A stretch of 34,258 nucleotides of DNA from a virus. Taxonomy: Duplodnaviria > Caudoviricetes. A program made the translations under genes and the position numbers. This document shows positions 16,365 to 23,907 of the stretch, one piece after another. Positions within the stretch are counted from its first letter, which is position 1; each line of letters starts with the position of its first letter. The stretch spans positions 1-34,258 of IMG/VR virus record IMGVR_UViG_3300038556_000046. The stretch is one strand, 5' to 3'. The notes below the pieces were generated by a model. It saw only the letters and a list, made by a program, of their open reading frames with translations, searched no databases and was not told the origin of the DNA.

Positions 16365-17543
16365 ATGTCCGATATCGACGCCGGCCAGCCGGACGCCGCG
16401 CCCGTTGCTGCGCCTGATGTAGTCTCGACGCCCAACCCGATTTCGACCGAGCGGGAGCCGGTCACCGACAATCAGCCGGCCGACGAAGGCAAGCCTGCGA
16501 AGGCGCCGACGGCTCGCGAAGCGCTCGAGCGCGCGGCCGCCAAGGTCGAGGCCGACGCGGATCCCGCGAAGCCGGTCAAGTCAGACCCGCCGCAGCGCGC
16601 CGACGACGGCAAGTTCGCGGCCAAGGATGGCGCTAAGGACGCCGGCAAGGACGCCGCGAAGCCTGCCGACGCCAAGGCGCCCGACGCCAAGGCCGATCCG
16701 GCGCGCCAGGACGCCGCTGCGAAGGGTCAGCCGCCGGAGGAAGGCCGCCAGCCTGCCGACCCCGCGCAGAAGCCGGCGAGCGGCCAGGGCGAAGCGCCCG
16801 CGCGCTTCTCTGCCGACGCCAAGGCCGCATGGGCGGCGGCGCCGGAGCCGGTCAAGGCCGAAGTCGCGCGCATGGAACGCGAGCTGACGCAGGGGATCGA
16901 GAAATACCGCGGCGACGCCGAGGCTTTCGAGCCGGTCCGCAAATTTCACGACATGGCCAAGGCCAGCGGCAACACGCTCGACAAGGTCCTGGAGACCTAT
17001 GTCGGCCTGGAGACCATGATCGACAAGAATCCGATCGTGGCGCTCGAGCGCATTTGCGAAATGAAGGGCTTCACGCTCCGCCAGGTCGCCGAGCATGTCA
17101 TGGGGCAGGCGCCGGACGCGCAGGCCGCGCAGCGCGACAGCGAAACGATGGCGTTGAAGCGCGAAATCCACGGCCTGAAACAGCAGCTCGGCCAGGTCAG
17201 CGGCACGCTCGAGCAACAGAAGACCGATCGCGTCAACGCGCAGGTCGCCGAATTCGCGGACAAGCATCCGCGCTTCGACGAACTGGCGCAGGACATCGCC
17301 TTTTTCATCGAATCCGGCCGGACGACCGACCTGGCCGAAGCCTATTCACTGGCGGAACGGTTGAACCCGGCGCCAGTCCCTGCATCCGCGCCGAAGCCGG
17401 CGCCGGACCCGTCCGCGGCTCAGACCCGCAAGGGCGAAAAATCGATCAACGGAGCGCCAACCCCCGGTTCAGACCCGGTCACCAGGCAACCGTCATCCTC
17501 AATCCGGGAATCGCTGCTTAAGGCCGCCGGCCGCGCAGCCTGA
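16365..17543 (+). CDS. Capsid scaffolding protein
   Basis: Disordered N-terminus with RADDGKFA, coiled coils, FADKHPRFDEL; immediately upstream of the capsid gene. Confidence 0.8.
   Translation: MSDIDAGQPDAAPVAAPDVVSTPNPISTEREPVTDNQPADEGKPAKAPTAREALERAAAKVEADADPAKPVKSDPPQRADDGKFAAKDGAKDAGKDAAKPADAKAPDAKADPARQDAAAKGQPPEEGRQPADPAQKPASGQGEAPARFSADAKAAWAAAPEPVKAEVARMERELTQGIEKYRGDAEAFEPVRKFHDMAKASGNTLDKVLETYVGLETMIDKNPIVALERICEMKGFTLRQVAEHVMGQAPDAQAAQRDSETMALKREIHGLKQQLGQVSGTLEQQKTDRVNAQVAEFADKHPRFDELAQDIAFFIESGRTTDLAEAYSLAERLNPAPVPASAPKPAPDPSAAQTRKGEKSINGAPTPGSDPVTRQPSSSIRESLLKAAGRAA
17415..17478 (+). promoter_or_regulatory. YUCAGAC stem-loop copies 3 and 4, at the 3' end of scaffold upstream of the capsid gene
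   Basis: GCGG-CTCAGAC-CCGC (17415-17429) and CCGG-TTCAGAC-CCGG (17464-17478). Confidence 0.6.
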
Positions 17544-17566
17544 ACCACAATTCAGGAGTGGCACCT

Positions 17567-18583
17567 ATGCCATTGACCAACGTCGAAAAGAACCAGGAAA
17601 TCCTGTCGCTGGCGCTCGAGGATCGCTCGACCGGCTATCAGGACCTGGTCAGCAACTCCAACGCGCTTCTGGCCGTCTTGAAGCGCAAGGGCAAGTTCAA
17701 GACCTATAGCGGCCCGACCATCCGCGAGCGGCTGCTCTACAATAAGACCGGATCGGCCGTTTGGTACAACGGCTATGACTTCCTGAATCCGGTCCCGGTC
17801 GAGCTGTTCAACGACGCGCAGTTCACGCCCAAGATGTGCGCTGTCGCCGTCGTCCTCACGAATGAGGAGATCCTGAACAATCAGGGTACGAACCAGCTCA
17901 TGGATGTGATGGAATCGCACATCCAGGCCGCCGAGAATGAACTGCTCGACGAAGTCGACATTTCGCTCCACGGCAACGGCACGCGCTTCGGCGGCAAGGA
18001 ACTCGGCGGCCTGCAGCTGGCCGTTCCGACCGTCGTCAACTCCGGCACCTATGGCGGCATTGACCGCGCGGCCAATCCGGTTTGGCGCACCAGCGTTTTC
18101 GACGCGCAGTCGGACTTCGCTGGCATTGGAACGCAGGTCAACGCGACGACCATCCGTCCGATGCTCAACAGCATCATGACGCGCCGGTCGCGCGGCCGTC
18201 AGGCGGCGGATCTGCTTCTCATGTCGCCGGAGCACTATGCCGCTTATGACGCCGCGACCGTGGCCATTCAGCGCATCAATGACGAAAACGGGCTCGGCAA
18301 GCTCGGTTTCTCGACGCTGAAATACACGGGCGCCGGCCGAACGGCCGACATCGTCCAGGAGGGCGGGATCGGTTCGAACATGGCGGCGAATACGACCTAC
18401 GGCCTGGACACGTCGAACATGTGGCTGCGGTACCATCCGGAGCGCAATTTCGACAAGATCGGCCGTTCGATGATGCCGATCAATCAGGACGCCGTCGTCC
18501 AGTATATCGGCTTCATGGGCGAGCTCACGATGACCAATCCGCTGTTTCAGTGGAAGCTCATCGACAGCAACCCGGCAACCTGA
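17567..18583 (+). CDS. Major capsid protein
   Basis: About 338 aa after scaffold; AGGAG SD before ATG 17567; GTYGGIDRA..WR and FMGELTMTNP segments; followed by a hairpin. Confidence 0.88.
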   Translation: MPLTNVEKNQEILSLALEDRSTGYQDLVSNSNALLAVLKRKGKFKTYSGPTIRERLLYNKTGSAVWYNGYDFLNPVPVELFNDAQFTPKMCAVAVVLTNEEILNNQGTNQLMDVMESHIQAAENELLDEVDISLHGNGTRFGGKELGGLQLAVPTVVNSGTYGGIDRAANPVWRTSVFDAQSDFAGIGTQVNATTIRPMLNSIMTRRSRGRQAADLLLMSPEHYAAYDAATVAIQRINDENGLGKLGFSTLKYTGAGRTADIVQEGGIGSNMAANTTYGLDTSNMWLRYHPERNFDKIGRSMMPINQDAVVQYIGFMGELTMTNPLFQWKLIDSNPAT

Positions 18584-18610
18584 CGCAAGCCTGACGTCGG
18601 AATGATCTTG

Positions 18611-18640
18611 GCGGCGCCCTACGGGGCGTCGCTTCCCCTC
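18611..18640 (+). terminator. Hairpin after the capsid gene (weak terminator or mRNA stabiliser)
   Basis: GCGGCGCCC-TACG-GGGCGTCGC followed by only TTCCCCTC. Confidence 0.55.
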
Positions 18641-18667
18641 ATCATGTCTTAGCGAAAGGGCTGAACA

Positions 18668-19015
18668 ATGCCTTACATCCCCGAAACTCCGAACCTTGGC
18701 TTTCCGAGGCTCGACCTTGCGCAGGCCGCGTCGAGCGCGGCCGGTCGATCGACGCCTTGGAAGGTCGGCGACATCATCCGCGTGACCAAGGACAATCAGA
18801 CCGCGTTCGAAGCGATCTATCTGGCCGGCGCCGCTGGCGTCACGGCCGGCGGCCAGGTCACTTACAATCCGACGACGCTCGTCGTGACCAACGGCGCCGG
18901 CACGCCCGGCCCGACGGCCATCGCCGCGACCGCGCTCGCTGCCGTGACCGCTGGACTTTACGGCTGGTTCCGGATCGGCCGCCGCGACAGCGTCCCGCCT
19001 GTCGGCCTTCCCTGA
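18668..19015 (+). CDS. Putative capsid decoration/cement protein
   Basis: 115 aa, Gly/Ala/Thr-rich with YGWF near the C-terminus; directly after the capsid gene. Confidence 0.65.
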   Translation: MPYIPETPNLGFPRLDLAQAASSAAGRSTPWKVGDIIRVTKDNQTAFEAIYLAGAAGVTAGGQVTYNPTTLVVTNGAGTPGPTAIAATALAAVTAGLYGWFRIGRRDSVPPVGLP

Positions 19016-19031
19016 CGCCTGACGCCTGACG
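19011..19031 (+). repeat. (CCTGACG)x3 tandem repeat
   Basis: Exact 7-mers at 19011, 19018 and 19025; the same 7-mer occurs at 18579 and 18590. Confidence 0.85.
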
Positions 19032-19043
19032 GCGCTTAACGAC

Positions 19044-19078
19044 GCTCGCCGCGGACCATCTGCGGCGAGCTTTTCCTT
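19044..19078 (+). terminator. Intrinsic terminator
   Basis: GCTCGCCGCGGA-CCA-TCTGCGGCGAGC followed by TTTTCCTT. Confidence 0.8.
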
Positions 19079-19082
19079 GCAA

Positions 19083-19097
19083 CCTCTCAGACAGGAA
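19083..19097 (+). promoter_or_regulatory. CUCAGAC stem-loop copy 5, over the SD of the 19105 gene
   Basis: CCT-CTCAGAC-AGG; the 15-mer CCTCTCAGACAGGAA is identical to 16344-16358. Confidence 0.65.
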
Positions 19098-19104
19098 TAG
19101 CCTC

Positions 19105-19932
19105 ATGTCCGCAGCAGCCGCAGCCGGCCCGACCTCCAACCTCACCGTCGTCACCTTCAAGACGATCGCCGTTCCGAACGAAGCCAAGTCGAGGAAGGAA
19201 GGTCGTCCCGTTTTCGACGATCTCGACGTCTGCGAAATCCGCTTCGCAGCGAACAAGATGACCGCGGCCGTCTTCCCGGCTCACGATCCGGAGCCGAACG
19301 CGACGCGCGAGCGCGGCGAGATCGTCACCTATGCCATGCTCTACAATGAGCAATTCCGGAAGTTTAAGGCGCAGGAGGCGCAGGACGTCGCCGGGACGCC
19401 GCTGTCGGAACTGACGTTCCTGACCGAGGCCAAGCGGCGCGAGCTGCGCGCGCTCAACATTCACACCGCCGAAGCGCTGGCCGCGCTCGACGGTCCGCCG
19501 CTGAAACAGCTCGGCATGGGCGGCCGCGAGTGGAAGAACCAGGCGCAGGCCTATATCGACGCCGCGGCCGGATCGGCTGATGTGACCGCCATGGCCGCGC
19601 AGATCGCCGAGCTGCAGCGCCAGCTCGCCGAGGCTACCGCGCCCGCTCCGGCGCCGGCCAAGGGCGGCCGCAAGGCCGGCAAGCAGGCCAAGGCCGCCGA
19701 GCCGGTCGAGGCTGACGAAGGCGACGACGGCGAGGATGACGCCGAGCCGGACGAAGACGCCGAAGACGACGACGTCAAGCCGATCGACGAACTGACCGAC
19801 GCCGAGCTGAAAGCCTACATCAAGGAAGCGACCGGCGAGGCTGTCCGCGGCAACGTCGGCCGCGACACGCTGATCGAACGCGCGACCAAGATCGCACGCG
19901 GCGAGGCCGACGACGAAGGCAAGGGCGCCTGA
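19105..19932 (+). CDS. Late protein with HhH-like and C-terminal HeH/Rho-N-like motifs (putative nucleic-acid binder)
   Basis: ELRALNIHTAEALAALDGPPLKQLGMGG, an acidic linker, and IDELTDAELKAYIKE...GRDTLIERA. Confidence 0.75.
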   Translation: MSAAAAAGPTSNLTVVTFKTIAVPNEAKSRKEGRPVFDDLDVCEIRFAANKMTAAVFPAHDPEPNATRERGEIVTYAMLYNEQFRKFKAQEAQDVAGTPLSELTFLTEAKRRELRALNIHTAEALAALDGPPLKQLGMGGREWKNQAQAYIDAAAGSADVTAMAAQIAELQRQLAEATAPAPAPAKGGRKAGKQAKAAEPVEADEGDDGEDDAEPDEDAEDDDVKPIDELTDAELKAYIKEATGEAVRGNVGRDTLIERATKIARGEADDEGKGA

Positions 19933-19934
19933 TC

Positions 19935-20645
19935 ATGAGCCTGCTTTCCGTCATCAGGCGCGTCAGCGTCCTGGTCGGCCTTCGCCGGCCGAACGTCGTC
20001 GCGACGGCGCCTGATGCGTCGCATGCGTCGCAGATGGCGGAATTCGCCCGCGTCGAGGCTGAAACCCTCGCCGGCCGACATGACTGGTCAGGGATCACCG
20101 TCCCTGGCCATCGCTTCACGACGTCCGGCGCCGCGCTGCAATATGGCGCGCTGCCGGACGACTTCGCGCGCTTCACCTTCGCGGGCGGGATCTATGGGCC
20201 ATGGGGGCGCATCAACGGCCCGCTGCAAAAGACGGACTGGTCGAGGATCACGGCTTATCCGCATGTCGCCGGATCGTTGAACGGCTCGTTTCGCCAGACG
20301 GCCCGCGGCGTCGAAATCTATCCGACGGCGCCAGCCGGCCAGCCGATGCGCTTCGACTATGTGTCGAAGAACCTCTACGCCGACAAGGACGGCAATCCCA
20401 AGCCCGAATGGAGCGCGGACACCGACGTCTGCTTGATTCCGGAGCGGCTGATCGAACTTGGCGTCAAGTGGCGATGGCTGCAGTTCAAGGGCTTCGACTA
20501 TGGCGAGGCCATGAAGGACGCGGAAATCGCGTTCGAACAGCTTGCCGGCAGCGACAACGGCGGCCGCGGCATTCTGAAAGCCGGTCGCGCTCGCCTCAAC
20601 GCGCAGGAATATGCCTATCCTGCCGTGCTCGGTCCGAAGCCATGA
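19935..20645 (+). CDS. Head-tail adaptor / tail tubular protein A-like
   Basis: Synteny; WSADTDVCLIPERLIELGVKWRWLQFKGFDY. Confidence 0.7.
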   Translation: MSLLSVIRRVSVLVGLRRPNVVATAPDASHASQMAEFARVEAETLAGRHDWSGITVPGHRFTTSGAALQYGALPDDFARFTFAGGIYGPWGRINGPLQKTDWSRITAYPHVAGSLNGSFRQTARGVEIYPTAPAGQPMRFDYVSKNLYADKDGNPKPEWSADTDVCLIPERLIELGVKWRWLQFKGFDYGEAMKDAEIAFEQLAGSDNGGRGILKAGRARLNAQEYAYPAVLGPKP

Positions 20646-22210
20646 GGAAGCCGCTCCGGCCGAACACGGCCAAGCGCAAGGTCGTTGGCGAGCCGCGGAC
20701 CGTCCTGGCGCCGTTCAAGGGCTGGTACACGCTCGAAGGCGACCTGCAGATGCCGATCGGCTCGGCGAAGCTGCTCGACAATTTCTGGCCGGAAGCCGAC
20801 GTCGTGTCGCTGCGCAAGGGCTCGCTGGCGCATGTCGACGGCATGCCGGGGCGCGTCGAAACGCTCATGGCCTATCGGACCGGCTCGACGGCGCAGCTGT
20901 TCGCGGCGTCGGATGGCGGGATCTATGACGTCAGCGCAGCCGGGACAGCCGCGGCGCCGGTCGTCCCGCGCTCGGTCGGCCGCTGCGCCTTTACGAACTT
21001 CGTCGGCTCCGGCGGCCAGTTTCTGATCGTCGTCAACGGCGCCGACGCGCCGCTGAAATACGACGGCACGAACTGGACCGGGATCGCCTTCTCCGACGGC
21101 GGCCCGACCAATCCGAACGACATCAGCGGCGTCTGGTCCTATCGCTCGAGGCTCTACTTTCTCGCGAAGGACAGCACGAAATTCTATTACCTGCCGGCCG
21201 ACAGCATCGGCGGCACGCTCAACACCTTCGACGCGGGCGGATCGCTGTCCAAGGGCGGCAAGCTGATTGCCGGCGGCCGCTGGACGATCGACGCCGGCAA
21301 CGGTCCGGACGATGCTTGCGTCGTCGTCTCCGACCAAGGTGAAGTCCTGGTCTATGGCGGCAACAACCCCGGCAGCGCGAACGGCTGGGGCCTGGTCGGC
21401 GTCTACACGACCGGCAAGCCGATCGGACCGCGCTGCCTGATCAATCTCGGCGGCGACCTATGCGTCCTCTGCGAAGACGGCGTGCAACCGCTGTCGACCA
21501 TTACCAAGCTCGACCGCTCGCAACAGAAGCGCGCGTCGGCGACGTCGAACATCGCGAAGGCCTTCAACGAAACCCTGCGCCAGCGCGGCGCCGGCAGCGA
21601 TTGGGGCCTTTACCTTTGGTCGAAAGGAACGATGCTCATCTGCAACGTTCCCGGCGTCGGCGGCCTGACCGAGCAATATGCCATGAACGTCCAGACCGGC
21701 GCATGGTGCCGCTTCAAGGGGCTACGCGCGACGTGCTGGGAAGAATTCGAAGGCGCCGTCTATTACGGGACGAACGACGGCCGCGTCCTGAAATTCTGGC
21801 ACGGCTCGACCGACGACGGCGCGCCGATCGACGCCGTCATGGTCCCGGCCTTCAATCAGTTGGGCTATGCCGGCGTGAAGACGCTTTCGCACATGCGGAC
21901 CGACCTTAAGGCGTCCTATGTCGCGCAGCTGTCGATCGGCGTCGCCGTCGACTTCGAAATCAACCTGGCGAATGTGATCGGCCTCGACTTCGGCGCGCTG
22001 TCTTCGCAATGGGACGTTTCGCCATGGGATACGACGCCATGGGCTGACACGGACGACCTGCGGCGCCAGGCGTGGCAAGGCGTCTCCGGCGTCGGCTATG
22101 CCTTCGCGCCGGTCCTGACCGCGACGACGCTCGACCGCGGCCCCAACTTCGAACTGACTTTCCAGGCGATTGCCTTCGTCCTGGTCGCCGCAAATGGCGG
22201 GATCCTATGA
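20642..22210 (+). CDS. Tail nozzle / DNA-stabilisation protein (P22 gp10 or T7 gp12 analogue)
   Basis: 522-aa beta-rich protein from coupled ATG 20642; NVQTGAWCRFKG; WDVSPWDTTPW. Confidence 0.75.
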   Translation: MRKPLRPNTAKRKVVGEPRTVLAPFKGWYTLEGDLQMPIGSAKLLDNFWPEADVVSLRKGSLAHVDGMPGRVETLMAYRTGSTAQLFAASDGGIYDVSAAGTAAAPVVPRSVGRCAFTNFVGSGGQFLIVVNGADAPLKYDGTNWTGIAFSDGGPTNPNDISGVWSYRSRLYFLAKDSTKFYYLPADSIGGTLNTFDAGGSLSKGGKLIAGGRWTIDAGNGPDDACVVVSDQGEVLVYGGNNPGSANGWGLVGVYTTGKPIGPRCLINLGGDLCVLCEDGVQPLSTITKLDRSQQKRASATSNIAKAFNETLRQRGAGSDWGLYLWSKGTMLICNVPGVGGLTEQYAMNVQTGAWCRFKGLRATCWEEFEGAVYYGTNDGRVLKFWHGSTDDGAPIDAVMVPAFNQLGYAGVKTLSHMRTDLKASYVAQLSIGVAVDFEINLANVIGLDFGALSSQWDVSPWDTTPWADTDDLRRQAWQGVSGVGYAFAPVLTATTLDRGPNFELTFQAIAFVLVAANGGIL

Positions 22211-22605
22211 AGACGATCGCAGGCGAGGATCTTCGCATCGCCGCTTTCGTCGCCGATCAATGCGGCTGCGGCTTCGTCCGTCCCTACACGACGTTGGGAT
22301 GGGAGCGGAACGGCGAGCTCGTCGGCGGCGTCGTCTTCAACTGCTTCACCGGCCACGACATCGAATTGACGCTGGCCGGCCGCGGCACGGTCACGCGCCA
22401 GGCCATGCGCGACATCGCCGACTATGTCTTTCGCCAGCTCGGCGCGTCGCGCGGTTCCATCCGGACGCGCGCCAGCCGCCGCGACATCATCGATCAGGCC
22501 GAGCGCATCGGATTCAAGCGCGAAGGCTATCACCCGCGACTGTTCGGCGACGACGACGGCGTCTCTTTCGGGATGACGCGCGACGACTGCCGATGGCTGG
22601 ATTAG
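22207..22605 (+). CDS. GNAT-fold protein
   Basis: YVFRQLGASR...AERIGFKREG...FGMTRDDCRW, a RimJ/RimL-like pattern; ATGA-coupled. Confidence 0.8.
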   Translation: MKTIAGEDLRIAAFVADQCGCGFVRPYTTLGWERNGELVGGVVFNCFTGHDIELTLAGRGTVTRQAMRDIADYVFRQLGASRGSIRTRASRRDIIDQAERIGFKREGYHPRLFGDDDGVSFGMTRDDCRWLD

Positions 22606-22617
22606 GAGGGCGCGAAA

Positions 22618-23907
22618 TTGAAAGCACCGAAGGCGCCGGATCCCTACGCCACCGCGCAGGCGCAAGCTCAGATGAACAAGGAAACCGCGATCAGCCAGGC
22701 CGGCTTGAACGCGATGAACCAATACACGCCCGATGGGAACCTGGAATACAGCCAGGAAAGCACATGGGCGGACGGAACGCCGAAATTCCGCGTCACGCAG
22801 ACGCTGTCGGACAGCAATAAGCGGCTCCACGATCTCGGCAATCAGACCGAAGAGAACCTGGCGACGATCGGCGTCGACCAGTCCAAGCGGATGGGCGACC
22901 TGCTTGCGACGCCGCTGTCGTTCGCGGGGCTCGGCAAGGTGCCGACCGGCCCGAATCTCGACGACCCGCGCTTCGCCATGCCGACCGGCGACGTCCCGAC
23001 CTTCAACGGTCCGGATGCGACGCTGGTCGACCGTCGCGCGATCGACGATAATCAGGCGCTCGAGGGGCGGCTGATCGACCTTGGCCGGCGCCGGCTCGAC
23101 CCTGCGATGGCGACGCGCCGCGCCGAGCTCGACGCGAGCCTGGCCGACAAGGGGATCAAGGTCGGATCCGCAGCCTATGGCGAGGCCATGCGCGGCAACG
23201 CCGAGGCGGAGAACGACGCGCTCAGTCAGCTGATCTTGACCGGCCAGGGCCAGGCCTTCGGCCAGTCCAGGGACCGCGCGCAGAGTGACTTTTCGCAGGA
23301 CATCGCGCGAACCGGGCAATTCTTCACGCAAGGCCAGACGAACGCGCAGAACGCCTTCGCGCAGGCTCTGGCCGCGCGTCAGCAGCTGGCGTCGGAATCC
23401 GACACCGGATGGCAGCGCGCGCTCGCGGCCTTTGGCGCTTCGATGCAGGGGCGGCAGCAGACGATCGACGAAATGCTGGCCGAACGCCAGACGCCGATCA
23501 ACGAACTGTCGGCGCTCATGTCCGGATCGCAGGTCGCCAAGCCGGCCTGGACCGCGACGCCTCAGACGCAGATCCAGCCGGCCGACCTCGCCGGCCTGGT
23601 CCAGTCCAACTATCAGGCGAAGATGCAGGGCTATAGCGGCATGCTGTCCGGCATTGGCTCGCTTGCGGGCAATATTCTCGGCTTCGGCCTGTCCAGGTCC
23701 GACCGCAGGCTGAAAACCGACATTCAGCGGCTCGGCGAGCTGCCGAACGGTCTCGGCGTCTATCTCTACCGCTTCAAGTCCGGCGGACCGTTCCAGATTG
23801 GCCTGATGGCCGACGAAGTCGCGCAGCTTCACCCTGACGCGGTTCATGTCATGCCCGACGGCTTCCTGGCGGTCGACTATGCCAAGGCAACGCAGGAGGC
23901 CGCTTGA
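22618..23907 (+). CDS. Ejection/pilot-type virion protein with C-terminal peptidase S74 chaperone domain
   Basis: KAPKAPDP...NQYTPDG N-terminus, Gln/Ala-rich body, SDRRLKTDI...GLMADEV....PDAV...VDY; AGGAGG SD. Confidence 0.8.
   Translation: MKAPKAPDPYATAQAQAQMNKETAISQAGLNAMNQYTPDGNLEYSQESTWADGTPKFRVTQTLSDSNKRLHDLGNQTEENLATIGVDQSKRMGDLLATPLSFAGLGKVPTGPNLDDPRFAMPTGDVPTFNGPDATLVDRRAIDDNQALEGRLIDLGRRRLDPAMATRRAELDASLADKGIKVGSAAYGEAMRGNAEAENDALSQLILTGQGQAFGQSRDRAQSDFSQDIARTGQFFTQGQTNAQNAFAQALAARQQLASESDTGWQRALAAFGASMQGRQQTIDEMLAERQTPINELSALMSGSQVAKPAWTATPQTQIQPADLAGLVQSNYQAKMQGYSGMLSGIGSLAGNILGFGLSRSDRRLKTDIQRLGELPNGLGVYLYRFKSGGPFQIGLMADEVAQLHPDAVHVMPDGFLAVDYAKATQEAA

Noticed and set aside
18581-18670. 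Capsid stop read-through into the in-frame decoration gene
   Set aside because: A second in-frame stop (TAG 18650-18652) intervenes and no slippery site was seen.
23559-23569. Sixth CTCAGAC (and RTCAGAC variants near 16580, 18795 and 22841)
   Set aside because: At most a 2-bp stem around the 7-nt loop and mid-gene positions; treated as chance, not counted as motif copies.
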